A DNA stretch of 64,000 nt from Octopus sinensis. Taxonomy: Eukaryota. The notes beneath the pieces are model-generated. The model did not search any database, was not told the DNA's origin, and worked only from the letters and a program-made list of their open reading frames with translations. A program made the position numbers and the translations under genes. Below, in pieces: positions 27,982-41,832 of this stretch; the first letter of the stretch is position 1, and the number at the start of each line of letters is the position of its first letter. The stretch lies in the NCBI RefSeq assembly GCF_006345805.1, contig NC_043012.1, positions 9,796,001 to 9,860,000 on the forward strand, read 5' to 3'.

Positions 27982-28709
27982 AAGTATCGCTTCACTTCTG
28001 AGTTAGCAATATAATTTTACACCTCTTTCCTGTTCCACTGAATTCTTCATTTTTTTATATTTTTGGGAGTTATTTCAATTCCTTCCGAAATTTAACAAAA
28101 ATTTCTACATAGAAATTTTAATTTTAATTGCCATGGCAAAAAACTTCTTCCCGCTCAACTTTAACACTCGACATTTAATGTCGTTTAATGTCTCTCGACG
28201 TCATTCAGGTGAATGCGTAAATTAAAATTCAAAAGATGTGATGAGATAGCATTTACCTTTATGGATGGAAGCACTCCGTTGATTACGCGAGTATGACCGC
28301 GAGTCCGCTGCCTTAACCACTGGGCCATTGCGCCTCCATTTACCTTTATACTGCCCAGGCAAACACGTAGATTCCTTCAACTACAGAGTTCATATAATAG
28401 AACCACATCTTACAATTAAGAATTCCTGATTAAATTTATTTAAGCGATGAATATACGTCATTAACTGCGGCCATCAACTGAATAATTGATATTTCTTTGT
28501 TGCTTTTGTTCCCAGTCATCTCGTCATGTTGGACCGTCGAACTCTGCACATTTTTTCTCTCTTCACTTTTTTTTTCTTTTTCTCTTGATACTTTCTGGCG
28601 AAGTGTGTAGTTTCGAAATGTAAATGACACTTCAATTCTTCCCGATCTTTAAAATAATACACCCGTTTCTTGTTCCTACACCTGTCTTCGCCTTATATTT
28701 TCTGTAAAT

Positions 28710-28805
<96 letters not shown>

Positions 28806-28830
28806 TATAATATATATATATATATATTAT

Positions 28831-28888
<58 letters not shown>

Positions 28889-28903
28889 TATATAATATAT
28901 ATA

Positions 28904-28982
<79 letters not shown>

Positions 28983-29387
28983 TAAGTAAGGGCAAACGAA
29001 AAAATCCTAATGCCAAATATGCCGAAAAATTGGACATATTGTCCATTAACCATATAATTAAAATTATACGTTTAAAGGTATTTTTTAATATGCTGGCCAT
29101 TGATAAAATTTTTTTCGAAAAGAATTTTTTTCGAAAAAAATGTTATCCTACGTTAGATATATAGAAGTTGGTCAGGTTGTTGGGGCGGAGGTACAAAGGG
29201 GCGGCATGAAACCACGCTACTGCATGGCCTTCCTCGACCAATCGCAGCCCACCTTAAGGTAAGAACAATCAGCTCATGTCATTCAAATTCAATATGGCTG
29301 ACAACTAGCATCTTTCTTGAAACTCATGAGTACCAACAAATCTGAAACAAACTGTAATAATCGATATATATATATATATATATGTAT

Positions 29388-29681
29388 CACCGTGATCACC
29401 GTGACCGACCAGGCTATCAGATGTTGCTACACATCGCTGGTCACAATGCGTTTCGCATTGTTTTAGCCTTTAAATGACGACACCCCGCTGGCTAAGCGAG
29501 CAGGCCAAGAGAAGGAAGAGTGAGAGAAAGTTGCGGCGAAAGAGTACAGCAGGGATTGCCACCACCCCCTGCCGGAGCCTCGTGCAGCTTTAGGTGTTTC
29601 GCTCAATAAACACTCACAATGCCTAGTCTGGGAATCGAAACCGTGATCCTATGACCGCGAGTCTGCTGCCCTAACCACTGG
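29388..29681 (-). mobile_element. tRNA-derived SINE
   Basis: Homologous to 10036-10338. Confidence 0.8.
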
Positions 29682-30059
29682 TACAAGATAGGCTACATCA
29701 TTGCCAGGATTAAGCGTCAAAAATCAAAGTTATCACTTATACACACTGGGGAATTCGAAGAAACGAGTAAATATAAAGCCAACTCACCAAATAACGATTA
29801 AATTAAATTAGCTGTAGAAATTAGTTACGACGTCACTCGTACCAACATGTATCGGCCGTTGCCTTTCGTCTGCACAACATCGCTGGCATGTAGAGGGAAA
29901 GACTGGTGGACATGGGCGACTACTGGACTTCTAAAAACAACCTTACCCGGTGTTGCGCTCCGTAGGGGAACTTTCTAAATGCAATCCCATGGCCATTCGT
30001 GACCAATGGGAACCTTTACCCTTACATTTTATAAGTATATATAGACAGAGAAAGTCCAC

Positions 30060-30093
<34 letters not shown>

Positions 30094-30733
30094 GAGAGAA
30101 GGAGAGAGAGAGATGAAGAGACTGAGAAAGAAGAAAGAAGACAAGAGGGAAGTAGTCAAGTAAAGTAGTGAGAGGAGAGACAGAGAAACGTATATGGAGA
30201 TGAAGAGATTGGAAAAGAAAAGCGAAGATATGAGAGAAGGATGCAGAGGGAGTCAGAAAATGTAGGTAGAGAGAATAAGAGAAAGAGAAAGAAAAGAGAT
30301 AAAAAAAGAGGTTGAATGGAGGAAGAGAAAAGATATACGGCTGTAGGTAATATAAAGAGTAGATCGTAATTTAATATAGTATATATAAATATATATATAT
30401 ATTTATAGACGATAACAAAAGGAGTGATAATAACAATGAGTAGTGGATCTTTGGTGCTATAAAGCCTTTAATTAATTAGTTAAGAAAGATGAAAGTTAGA
30501 GTGAGTTTTCAGCTGTTTCCTTATATGAGGCTGAGGTAAATATGTTTTTACCTCGTTGCAAATGCTAGAGATCATCAGAAAGAAAAAGACTCTATTATCC
30601 TTTTTGTTTATCTTTGCCTTTTTCATTCTGAGGATGTCTATCTTTTGCAACAAGGTAAATACATATTTATAACCGTAAAACATCTATTCGGACGGACAGC
30701 CATGATGAAGTGGCTACGGATATTACCTATACA

Positions 30734-31790
30734 TATTAGGCTGCCCGGAAAGTTTTGAGCGTTTTTTTTAATATGCAAAAAGGAACATAAATAATTGAAC
30801 TTTCAATAAATTTTATTCATTGAAATAATATCCATTATTATTAATGAAATTTGACATCTCTCAGTCAATTTAAATATTCCATCAGCGCAAAATTTGACTG
30901 GTTTTGAAGAAAACCGTTATCTTTATGCATTTTATCACCATCTAAATCGTTAATTGATTTTTCTTTCAATGAGTTCTGTAGGATCAAAAACTAGTGGTAG
31001 TCGGATGGCGCAATATCAGGAGAATATGGTGGATGGGTAAAAGATCCTACCCAAGTTCATGTAACTTTGTTCGGGTAACCAAAGACACATGCCGTCGGGC
31101 ATTGGCTTGTTAGAACACTACCTCTTCCCTGTTGTCAGCCTCCGGCCTCTATTCTTTATTTTTTGGTTCCAATTAGCCACCTGACTAAAGTACACAGGAT
31201 TAAGGGTCAGATTTTATGGGAGAAGTTCATAATAAATAATGCTTTTTTTGGCATGGATATTCCTTTTTGGTTGCTGCTTTTTTGGTATTGGTGCGGGTCC
31301 CTACGCTAACTCCAGGATATTTACCGTACTACGTTTTCGTACAGAAACCATTTTTCATCTCTAGTGACAATTTGTTTTTTAAAAAAGCATGCTTTCATTC
31401 CGTTTCAAATCTTACAAACAGAATACTGGTCCAAGCAATTCTTTTTCTGAGAGTTTGTGAAGGACCCATACAATATAGCGAAAAAGTATTCCAGCTTCAC
31501 TAGGTGTACATGAGCCGTACTCTTAGAAACTTCGAACTCCTCTACAAGTTATATATTCATGATATTTGAGCTTTCTTCGGTTTTTACATTCAAAACGTTA
31601 TCCAGTTTTGAAGATCTTCCACTACGACTGCTTCTTCCAAGCTAAACACTCCAGCTTTAAATTTTGCAAACCACCTTAGAAAAGTTGATTCGCTTTTAGA
31701 ATCATCACCAGAACCATCACAAATGTTTTGCAAATCTTTGCAGCATTTTTTACCGTTTTTGAATGCTTAAAAATTCAGAACTTTCAGAAA
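30734..31790 (-). mobile_element. Mariner transposon relic
   Basis: Reverse strand HPPYSPDIAPSDY motif, WFAKFK..F.LE..RSGR; TIR-like tattaggctgcc end. Confidence 0.85.
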
Positions 31791-31794
31791 AACT

Positions 31795-31861
<67 letters not shown>

Positions 31862-32374
31862 ACAGAGAGATACACACACATACACACACACACACACAAG
31901 CACACAAACTCGCACACAACCTAGCTGGAGGAGGCGTCCTCCATGTTGAAGTGGCGATAGGCATTACTTCCCAGTATAGTTACAACTTCCATCTTTTCTA
32001 GGGATTTTCTAACTAGCTGATTTGCTTGCGAAGAGTCTATCATTGTGCTTTATTTTAAGAGACCTCGCTATTTTCTGCTGAATACTAAGCTAGAACTTAT
32101 CATTGTGCTTCTCTATGTCTGTCTGTCTCTGTCTGTGTATGTGTGTCTATCTCCTCACTCACTCTCTCCTTCTCTCTGTCTGTCTATCTCTCTCTCTCTC
32201 TCTCATGCATGTATGTGTGTATGTATGTATGTATGTATGTATGTATGTATGCATGTATGGATGTAAGTACGTACGTACGTACGTATGTATGTATGTATGT
32301 ATGTATGTATGCATGCATGTATGTATGTATGTATGTATGTATGTATGTATGTGTGCGTGTCTGTATGTACAGAT

Positions 32375-32439
<65 letters not shown>

Positions 32440-33594
32440 AACTGAGATGTTAGACGAAACATGGAGAAATGAGTGTGACAGACAATAGCATAAGAGTAGC
32501 GGAAGAGCTTGGTTTTTAATTAAGTGTCGACAACCGGAAACATGCAAAAACTAAAGAGAGTTGAATTTATGAAAGCTGCATTGAAACTAAAACACAAGGA
32601 GGTCTTTCCTGTGCTCAGAGCGTGTCTATTAAATCTCAGATGACAGATTCGCTTAAGCCAAAAAGACGGGGCCTTGTGAGCTGCACGTTGGCAATATTAA
32701 ATCAAATTTTCAATATTACTTATTGATTCAGGATAAGGTCTCACATGTGAGGCTCAAGTTATTCACAACAAGGGCATCGTATGACGACGTAAGCGTCGTT
32801 ATTTTTGACTTTATCAATTGAGGTCAGTCGTTCTCAATACGAATCGTATTGTCTTTTTATCTTACGCAGCTGCTGATATCGACGACCCGTATTTTCCCCA
32901 TCACCACCACCACCACCACCACCACCAACACCACTTCAAACACTGTCACCTCCACCACCAGCACCACCAGCACCAACATCATCATCGCTATAAATACCTG
33001 CACCAGAAAGTGAGTAAGAGATCACGTGTAAGATAGATAGAGAGTGAATGAGTGAAAGAAACGAAGAGAGAGAGAGGGGGGAGAAAAACAGAAAGATAGA
33101 GAGTGGGGGATAGTAATGTGATTCTACTTAGGGAGACTAGGAGAGGTAGGAAGGTGAGAGGAAGAAGAGGAGGAAGAGAAAGAGAGGGAGTAGACAAAAT
33201 AAAAGGGAGGTGACGGAAATGGGGTGGTTCTACGTAAAATACTACGTATGACATAATACTGTGTATATATATATATATTTGTGTGTGTGTCGTGTGAATT
33301 ACAATGCCAAAATATAAGTACATGCTGTGCGTATATGTGTGTCTATGAGCGGATGTTTATAGCAATGTGAATATCTGAGCATGTGTGTATCAACACGTAC
33401 GAATCTCTGAGTGGCCAGATCGGTCGGTGAATATTTTGTTGAACAATGAACAAAACGTAAGAGGCGAAACAGACAGAGACACCTCGAGAGATCAGCGGAC
33501 ATCAAATGGTGGATAATGGATTTAAGCTGCAGCTTCGGATATCGCGGTAAGTTTTGATCGTTCGATCATCTCCACAACACATCGCATACCAACC

Positions 33595-34100
33595 GACCGA
33601 CCTACCTACCTAACTACGTACCTAACTATCAACCTACCTGCCTACCTAACTACCTACCTACCTACCTACCTACCTACCTACCTATCTACTTACCTACCTG
33701 CCTACCTACTTACCTACCTACCTACTTACCTACCTACTTACCTACCACCTACCTACCTACCTACCTACCTACCTACCTACCTATCTACCTACCTACCTAC
33801 CTACCTACATACCTACCTATCTACCTACCTACCTACCTACCTATCTACCTACTTACCTACACACCTTCTTACCTACCTACCTATCTACTTACCTACCTAT
33901 CTACCTACCTACCTACTTACCTACCTATCTACCTACCTACCTACCTACCTACCTGCATACCTACTTACCTACCTACCTACCTACTTACCTACCAACCTAC
34001 CTACATACCTACCTACTTACCTACCAACCTACCTACTTACCTACTTACCTACCTACTTACCTACCGATCTACCTATCTACCTACATACCTACCTACCTAT
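33595..34100. repeat. (CCTA)n microsatellite
   Basis: Direct read. Confidence 0.95.
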
Positions 34101-34344
34101 TCATCTATTTGTTTGTCTCTCTTCTGTCTATGTATGTATGCATATATGTATGTATGCATGTTTGTTTGTTTGTATGTATGTATGTGTGCATCTATGAATG
34201 TGTGTATGTATGTGTGTATGTATGTATGTATGTATGTATGTATGTATGTATGTATATATGTATGTATGTATCTATCTATCTCTAGCTATCCATCTGTTTA
34301 TGTAAATATGTATAAGTATACATACATAGTACATAAATAAATGC

Positions 34345-34590
34345 ACCCTTTTAAAGCCTAGCCAGGCTCATGGGCCCAGTTTCCTGGTTTCTATGGCATA
34401 TGTGTTCCCCAGCTGGACAGGATGCCAGTCCATCGCAGCGTTACTCATTTTTTGCCAGCTGAGTGGACTGGAGCAACGTGAAATGAAGTGTTTTGCTCAA
34501 GAACACAACGCGTCGCCCGGTCCAGGAATCGAAACCATAATCTTACGATCATGATGCTGATACCCTAACCACTAAGCCACGCGCCTCCAC
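34345..34590 (-). mobile_element. tRNA-derived SINE
   Basis: Homologous to 1-215, with full head. Confidence 0.8.
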
Positions 34591-34602
34591 TACATACATA
34601 CA

Positions 34603-34634
<32 letters not shown>

Positions 34635-34756
34635 ACTATTTAAATAAACATGCGTATATATATATTCAAATATGAATTAGACTAGCTCGAGCTATATAAA
34701 CAAGATTGAACAAACATACACAAAGTGTGTGTATTTGATTTTGTTTATATTTATAT

Positions 34757-34797
<41 letters not shown>

Positions 34798-35008
34798 CAG
34801 ACAGAGGGAAGAAGAGAGTGAGTGAGGAGATAGACACACATACACAGACAGAGACCGACAAACATAGAAACGCGTAATGATAAGTCCTAGTTTACTATTC
34901 AGCAGAAAATAGCGAAGTCTCTTAAAATGAAGCACAACGATAGACTCTTCGCAAGTTTTGACGAAACAAAATTATTTTTGTTGGATCGTTTTGTAATACA
35001 CTACATTT

Positions 35009-35043
<35 letters not shown>

Positions 35044-35428
35044 TATATATATATATTTGTATGTGCAATTATATATATGTATATATCTTTAGAGTGTATA
35101 GACAATTTATATATGTTTGTACGTAACTAAGTAAAGATCTGCATATGTGTGTATTTTAAAATCCATAACACATTCAGTCGGTTATCAGTGATCGTTTAGT
35201 TTGCTCGTATTGTACCTTGACCTATAATAAAAATTAATGATGTTTCCTTTCTTTAGTTCATACCGATCCATTAAACAGTCGTTAATTATGGAATGCTCCC
35301 ACTGTAAAATTTAAAATTTTCTCTTCTCTTTGACGTATTTCAAGTGAAGAAATCACTGTCATCCTAATGTAAGTGTTTTGTCCATGGATACTTCACATCG
35401 ATATAGAAGACTGCAGGATTACCAATAG

Positions 35429-35690
35429 GAGGCGCAATGGCCCAGTGGTTAGGGCAGCTGACTCACGGTCGGAGGATCGCGGTTTGTGTGTGTTTATTGA
35501 GCGAAAACACCTAAAGCGTCACGAGGCTCCGGCAGGGGGGGGCGACCCCTGTTGTACTCTTTCGCCTCAACATTCACTCTCTCATCCTCTTTCTTGAGTA
35601 ACGCTGCGATGGACTGGGTCGGGGGGAACACATACGCCATAGAAACCGGGAAACCGGACCCATGAGCCTGGCTAGGCCTGAAAAAAGGCT
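35429..35690 (+). mobile_element. Chimeric tRNA-derived SINE
   Basis: Head of the 6722 family joined to the tail of the 1-215 family. Confidence 0.65.
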
Positions 35691-36114
35691 CGTAAATAAG
35701 AAAAATGGATTACCAATACTTCATTTTGTGGCCTAATTTGGGTATCTCCGGCTTACTCAAGCTACCTTCGGCTACCTCCGGCTACCGCTGTCTGTCTTCG
35801 GCTCTATTTTATGATACTAAGAATATATTACTCTCCTTATTTGTATTTAAGATTCTAATTTTTTTTTTATCCCACGGAAGCGGAAATATAGATCTGCAGC
35901 TGTTCCAGTCAACATTCTGCTGTTTAAGTGTCTATGTTTTGTTTTAAAATTGTCTCTCTATATCTTATATCTACTGCCAGAAGTTCTTCCTGTCACCAAT
36001 CCTTACTTGCTTCCACTTAAGTCATTTTTTCCGGTAGGATTTAGAGATATGAACGCATAATGCACAAATATGCAACAGTGATACTACTTTAATGTCAACA
36101 ATAAGCCTAGGAAT

Positions 36115-36278
36115 GGCTGTGTGGTAAGTAACTTGCTTACGAACCACATAGTTCCTGGTTCGGTCCCACTACGTGGCACCTTCGGCAAGTGTCTTCTGGT
36201 ATTTCCTAGGGTTGACCAAAGCCTTGTGAGTGGATTTGGTAGACGGAAACTGAAAGAAGCCAGTCGTATATATGTATG

Positions 36279-36371
<93 letters not shown>

Positions 36372-36545
36372 CTGTGTGTGTCCCCAACATTACTTGACAA
36401 CCGATGGTGGTGTGCTTACGTCCCCGTAACCTAGTAGTTCGGCAAAAGGGACCGATAGAATTAGTACTAGGCTTACAAAGAATAAGTCCTGGGGTCGATT
36501 TACTCGACTAAAGGCGGTGCACTAGCATGGCGACAGTCAAATGAC
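36115..36545 (+). mobile_element. CORE-like SINE with internal (TA)n(TG)n
   Basis: ggctgtgtggtaag..ggttcggtccc..cggcaagtgtc; same family as 40732 and 51163. Confidence 0.8.
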
Positions 36546-37077
36546 GTGCTATCCAATGGGACTGAACTCGGAACCATGTGGTTGTGAAGCAAGTTTCTTA
36601 CCACACAGCAACGCCTGCGCCAATATAGGTGACTGTGTGGTAAGAAACATGCTTCACAACCACATGGTTCCGAGTTCAGTCCCATTGGATAGCACATTTT
36701 ACTTGTTTCAGTCATTTGACTGTGACCATGCTGGTGCACCGCCTTTAGTCGAGTAAATCGACCCCAGGACTTATTGTTTGTAAGCCTAGTACTTATTCTA
36801 TCGTATGTATACGTTTGTGTTTCTGATTTTGCCTACCGCCCCCACCATCTATTGCTTGACAACCAATGCTGGTGTGTTTACATCCACGTAACTTAACGGT
36901 TCGGCATAAGAGACCGATATAATAAGTACAAGGCTTACAAAGAGGAAGTCCTGCAGTCGATGCGTTCGACCAAAGGTGGCGCTCCAGCATGGCCGCAGTC
37001 AAATGACTGAAACAAGTAAGAGAATAAACGAAAGGAATAAAAGAACATACTTATACTTATTAACATTATTATTATTA

Positions 37078-37123
<46 letters not shown>

Positions 37124-37139
37124 AATATTATTGCTTTGG

Positions 37140-37430
37140 TTCAGCTTTGGTCTTATTCTTAGTAGGTTTTACGTGGGTAGCGTGTTACTACATGTAACCT
37201 TAGGGATCCATAAGTTTTCAGAAGTCTTTGAAGTGTTTAGGACCGCACTGATAATTCTTGCTGTCCCTTTGAAGACAAACCTTCGGTAGGAGATCTACAG
37301 GGCATTCTATTTCAATTTACTTCAGCCATTAGTCTGTATCTTGCCCTACTGTTCCCAACGCATCAATTATTATGGGCACGACCTTTACAGTTCGCATGCT
37401 CAAAATTCTTCCAATTTCAGATTTTTCTTC
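37140..37430 (-). mobile_element. R4-like LINE 3' end fragment
   Basis: SEIGRILSMRTVKVVPIIIDALGTV; between (TAA)n-type tracts. Confidence 0.6.
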
Positions 37431-37547
37431 CTCTTTCTTTCCGATCCTTATCATCCTCCTCCTCCTCATCCTCATCATCATCATTATTATTATTTTTATT
37501 ATTATTATTATTATTATCATCATCATCATCATCATCATCATCACATC

Positions 37548-37579
<32 letters not shown>

Positions 37580-37600
37580 CGTCGTCATCATCATCATCAA

Positions 37601-37658
<58 letters not shown>

Positions 37659-37879
37659 GTTATTATTATTATTATCATTTTTATTATTATTGAGTGCGAT
37701 ATCAGTGCATACCAGCTCAGTGACCCTGAGGTAATATATACGAAGCCCATCTTTTATACCAAGACAAAACAATGTACATGATAACACTTCCAGATCAGAA
37801 GCTATAAGATCCACTGTGAAGTATTGCATCAGAGCATTTATTGCTAACCTCCTCCTCCTCCTCCTCATCATCATCATCC

Positions 37880-37910
<31 letters not shown>

Positions 37911-38186
37911 TGTTATTATTGTTAATATTGAGTGACAGAGCAGTGCATGCCATCAAAGTAACAATGGGTTCAAATCTACGATGTCCAATGTACCCATCAT
38001 GACTCCCCGGCTAATAAGGGTACACCAGACACATGCACCACAACTGTATGAGCGTTATATGATCTCATATCAAGATAAAAAAAAAACGCGTGATTTTGTT
38101 AGTTTCCGTTTGACACACTGCGGTCGCACTGCGATAGAATTGAAACAATTTTTTATTATCAAACATTTTTATTATCATCGTCGTCG

Positions 38187-38347
<161 letters not shown>

Positions 38348-38349
38348 GT

Positions 38350-39778
38350 TATTCTATGTTTGACTTTTGCGTTACATTTGCACAAGCTGGCTCCAAGTCT
38401 CACCCAGAGACCTCAAGAGACAACAAGTTGGAAGTTCGTGTTGGTGTTATGCCTAGGGTGCCATATATTTGGTTTTGTACTTAGTGTTGTACTAGTGAAT
38501 GCCTAAAAAACCATACGAAAATTGTGTTTGTTTTAAAACTTGAGATTACATAGAAAGTATTTTGCGTAGGATATGAGCAGTTCCCATGAGCACTACCTTT
38601 TGAATTTCTGCCATTTTTGAGTTTCCTGGTATCTGCGTTAGGTAGCAATCAGCCCCTTTTGCTATCATTCCCAGGGCACCTATGACTACAGGTATTGTTT
38701 TAGTCTTCAGGGTCCACATTTTGCTGATTTCTATTTCAAGATCTTTATATTTGCTCAGTTTTTGGTAGGTCTTGACAGATACGTTTATATCGATTAGGAC
38801 AGTCATATCAATGAGGAGGCATGTTCTTTGTTTGAAGTCTTTCAATATGATGCCTGGCCTATTTGCATCTATCTTTCTGTCAGTTTGAATGGGGAAGTTC
38901 CAGAGGAGTGAGAGGTGGTCATTTTCAAGCACTGGAGGTGGTTTGTGTTCCCACCAATTTTTTTTATGGTGCAAGTCCAGGCTTGTGAAAATTACCCAGT
39001 GAATATATTGTGCAGCTCTATCATGCTTGTTGAGGTACTCTGTAGGCGCGAGAAGACTGCACTTGGAGACAATATGATCAATGGTTTCATTTTGTTGTTG
39101 ACATACTCGATATGTTGGGCGACTGACGTTCTTTAATATGTTGGCATTGTAGTTCCTTGTAGGTAGGCATTGATCTTGAGCTGCTAGGATAAACCCCTCT
39201 GTTTCAGATTTTAAGCCAGAGGCCATTAGCCATTGATAGGCCAGGGCTTTGTCAACATCTGCATTATTCGCTCTGTTTGGGTATTTGCCATTGAGAGGTT
39301 TTTCTTGCCATTTATCATTCAGAATATTTAAGGCCGCAGATTTAGCACGGGTTTTCATGCGCTTAGCTTTTTCTGTGCTTGTTTCCTGTATGTCTAAACC
39401 GAAATTTGTTTTATTCGGAATTCACTTAGATATTCCTTTGCCTGTTTTGTTACTGAGTATGATACTTACTTGTGTTCATGTTTTGAGACAAGTTTTAACA
39501 TCCAGTCCCCAGAGGTTTTGCAGGTAGGTGTCTAAGGCAATTGTAGCAATCTTCATTGTTATTGCCAGTTGCAAAAGACAACGGCCTCCCTCTTTTCTTG
39601 GCAGATAAAGTCGTTCTGTATCTGCCTTAGGGTGGTGCATTCTATGCATTGTCAACGGTTTTCGTATTTTTCTGTCAAGATTACATATTTCAGTAATTGA
39701 CCAGTTAACGATATTGAAACAGTAAGTCACGACTGGTATGGCTAAAGCATTGATCACTTCGATCCTGTTTCTCGCATT
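38350..39778 (-). mobile_element. R4/Dong-like LINE 3' fragment with frameshifts
   Basis: ORFs 39476-39757 and 38546-39358 homologous to the 23287 ORF; 3' end adjoins (TAA)n. Confidence 0.9.
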
Positions 39779-40113
39779 GGCGTTGCTCGGATTTGTTTTC
39801 TTTTCGACCCTTTAGAATTGGAATTTTTGAAAAGTAAAACGTTTGCATTATGTAGTTTGTTATTCTCTTTAAGTGGCGACACAGTAGTCAAAAAATTGTA
39901 AAAAAACTAGGGATTTTCATAGAAAAAAAGCACCAAAAATAATTTTTGGTTTTAATTTTAATTTTTCTTCTATGGAATGAAGAGCAAGCCTTTTTCTATC
40001 ATACTCTCAATTTTGGTCAACTTTCGCCGCAAGGTCTCGGAGGAGATAGTGTTAGTTGAAGGCTACCAAACCTGCCACACACACACAGACAACTCCAGGT
40101 TTATATATAAAGA
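39779..40113 (-). mobile_element. Non-autonomous Helitron, 3' end truncated
   Basis: Reverse complement starts TCTTTATATATAAA and ends at ccgagcaacgcc, as in the 11996 element. Confidence 0.7.
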
Positions 40114-40731
40114 CTACATGCAATTTCATTCGTTTCCATGCAACTTAAGCTTCAAACAGTTTTAAATACTATATATAACTCCTAGTTTTCAAACCGTTTT
40201 AAATAGTATATCTATCTCAAGTGTGTGTGTGTGTGTTTCTATGTGTGTGTGTGTAGTGTGTGTGTGCGTGTGTGTGCGTGCGTGTAATCACTCATATATA
40301 TGCACACATAATTACAGTCCATGTACGTAAGGCAGCGAGCTAGCAGACACGTTAGCACGCCGGACAAAATGCTTAACGGCATTTCATCCGTCTTTAGGTT
40401 CTGAAAATCGTATTCTGCCGGTGTTGACTTTACCGTTCATCCTTCCGGGGTCGATAAAGTAACTACCAGACGACTCTGGCCCTACCCCAAATTTCCTTGC
40501 CTTGTGCCAAAATTTGAAATCCATATTTCATGTATGCATTTCTCTGGTCCATTCACACGATTGATTTCTCTATAGAATGGTACAAGCATTAACGCAAAAC
40601 CCAGCGGAAAGATCTGAGTCGCAACATGAATTTTCTATCCATTTTGTGTACGTTTATGAATCTTTCTATTAACCAGCGTTACAAATGTAGCGGAGCGATA
40701 CATGCTCCAAAAAAAAAATAATACATATATT

Positions 40732-41140
40732 GGCTGTGTGGTAAGTAGCTTGCTAACCAACCACATGGTTCCGGGTTCAGTCCCACTGCGTGGCATCTTG
40801 GGCAAGTGTCTTCTGCTATAGCCGCAGGCCGACCAATGCCTTGTGAGTGGATTTGGTAGACGGAAACTGAAAGAAGCCTGTCGTATATATGTATATATAT
40901 GTATGTATGTGTGTTTGTTTGTGTGTCTGTGTTTGTCCCCCCAACATCGCATGACAACCGATGCTGGTGTGTTTATGTCCCCGTTACTTAGCGGTTGGGC
41001 AAAAGAGACCGATGGAATAAGTACTGGGCTTACAAAAAGAATAAGTCCCGGGGTCGATTTGCTCGACTAAAAGGCGGTGCTCCAGCATGGCCGCAGTCAA
41101 ATGACTGAAACAAGTAAAAGAGTAAAAGAGTAAAAGAGTA
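40732..41140 (+). mobile_element. CORE-like SINE
   Basis: Full copy with tail ggcggtgctccagcatggccgcagtcaaatgactgaaac(aagagta)n. Confidence 0.8.
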
Positions 41141-41408
41141 AAGAGATATGCATATGAAAGAACGTCTGTAGAAAAACGGGGAAAAGGGAAGTTTTCGCGA
41201 ACCATATCTTATTTTTGTTGCTGAGAACCAGCTAAGTTGATCCATTTACGACGGGCTTCCCCAGCCAAAGGACTATAAAACATCTCGCAAAGAATGAAGA
41301 AATTTTGAAGTTTCATTGACGTTTGCTATCTGCTGAGTGTCTTTACATTATATACATACATACATACATACATATATAATACATATATACATACATACAT
41401 ATACATAC

Positions 41409-41453
<45 letters not shown>

Positions 41454-41467
41454 ATATAATATATATA

Positions 41468-41566
<99 letters not shown>

Positions 41567-41573
41567 GATATAT

Positions 41574-41609
<36 letters not shown>

Positions 41610-41756
41610 GGCCTGCTAGGTAGCCGGCCAGAATGCTAGAAATAGATCATCAACGATCAAACTACAAGGGAAATTCTCTAGAGGAAGAATTCAGCGAACA
41701 CCAGAACCAGATTTGGCGGGCAGGACATATGAAAAATTAAATAAAAAACAGACTTA

Positions 41757-41832
41757 AATGCATACCTCGGTTTCGGTCTTAACAAAAGAATTACTTGCAT
41801 AATTCAAGTGTCCGTGACTTCTTCAGTACATT
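41757..41832 (-). ncRNA. Type I hammerhead ribozyme with long stem II insert
   Basis: Reverse complement: AAUGUA-CUGAAGA-AGUC...GAAUUA-ugcaag-UAAUUC...GACC-GAAACCGAGGUA-UGCAUU. Confidence 0.7.

Noticed and set aside
27408-27983. MYVC/HTYI-repeat ORFs (also near 32100 and 61048)
   Set aside because: Stop-free frames of (ATGT)n repeats
29850-30022. Repeat shared with 43960-44120, considered as an HDV-like ribozyme
   Set aside because: Could not build the double pseudoknot; treated as an ordinary dispersed repeat
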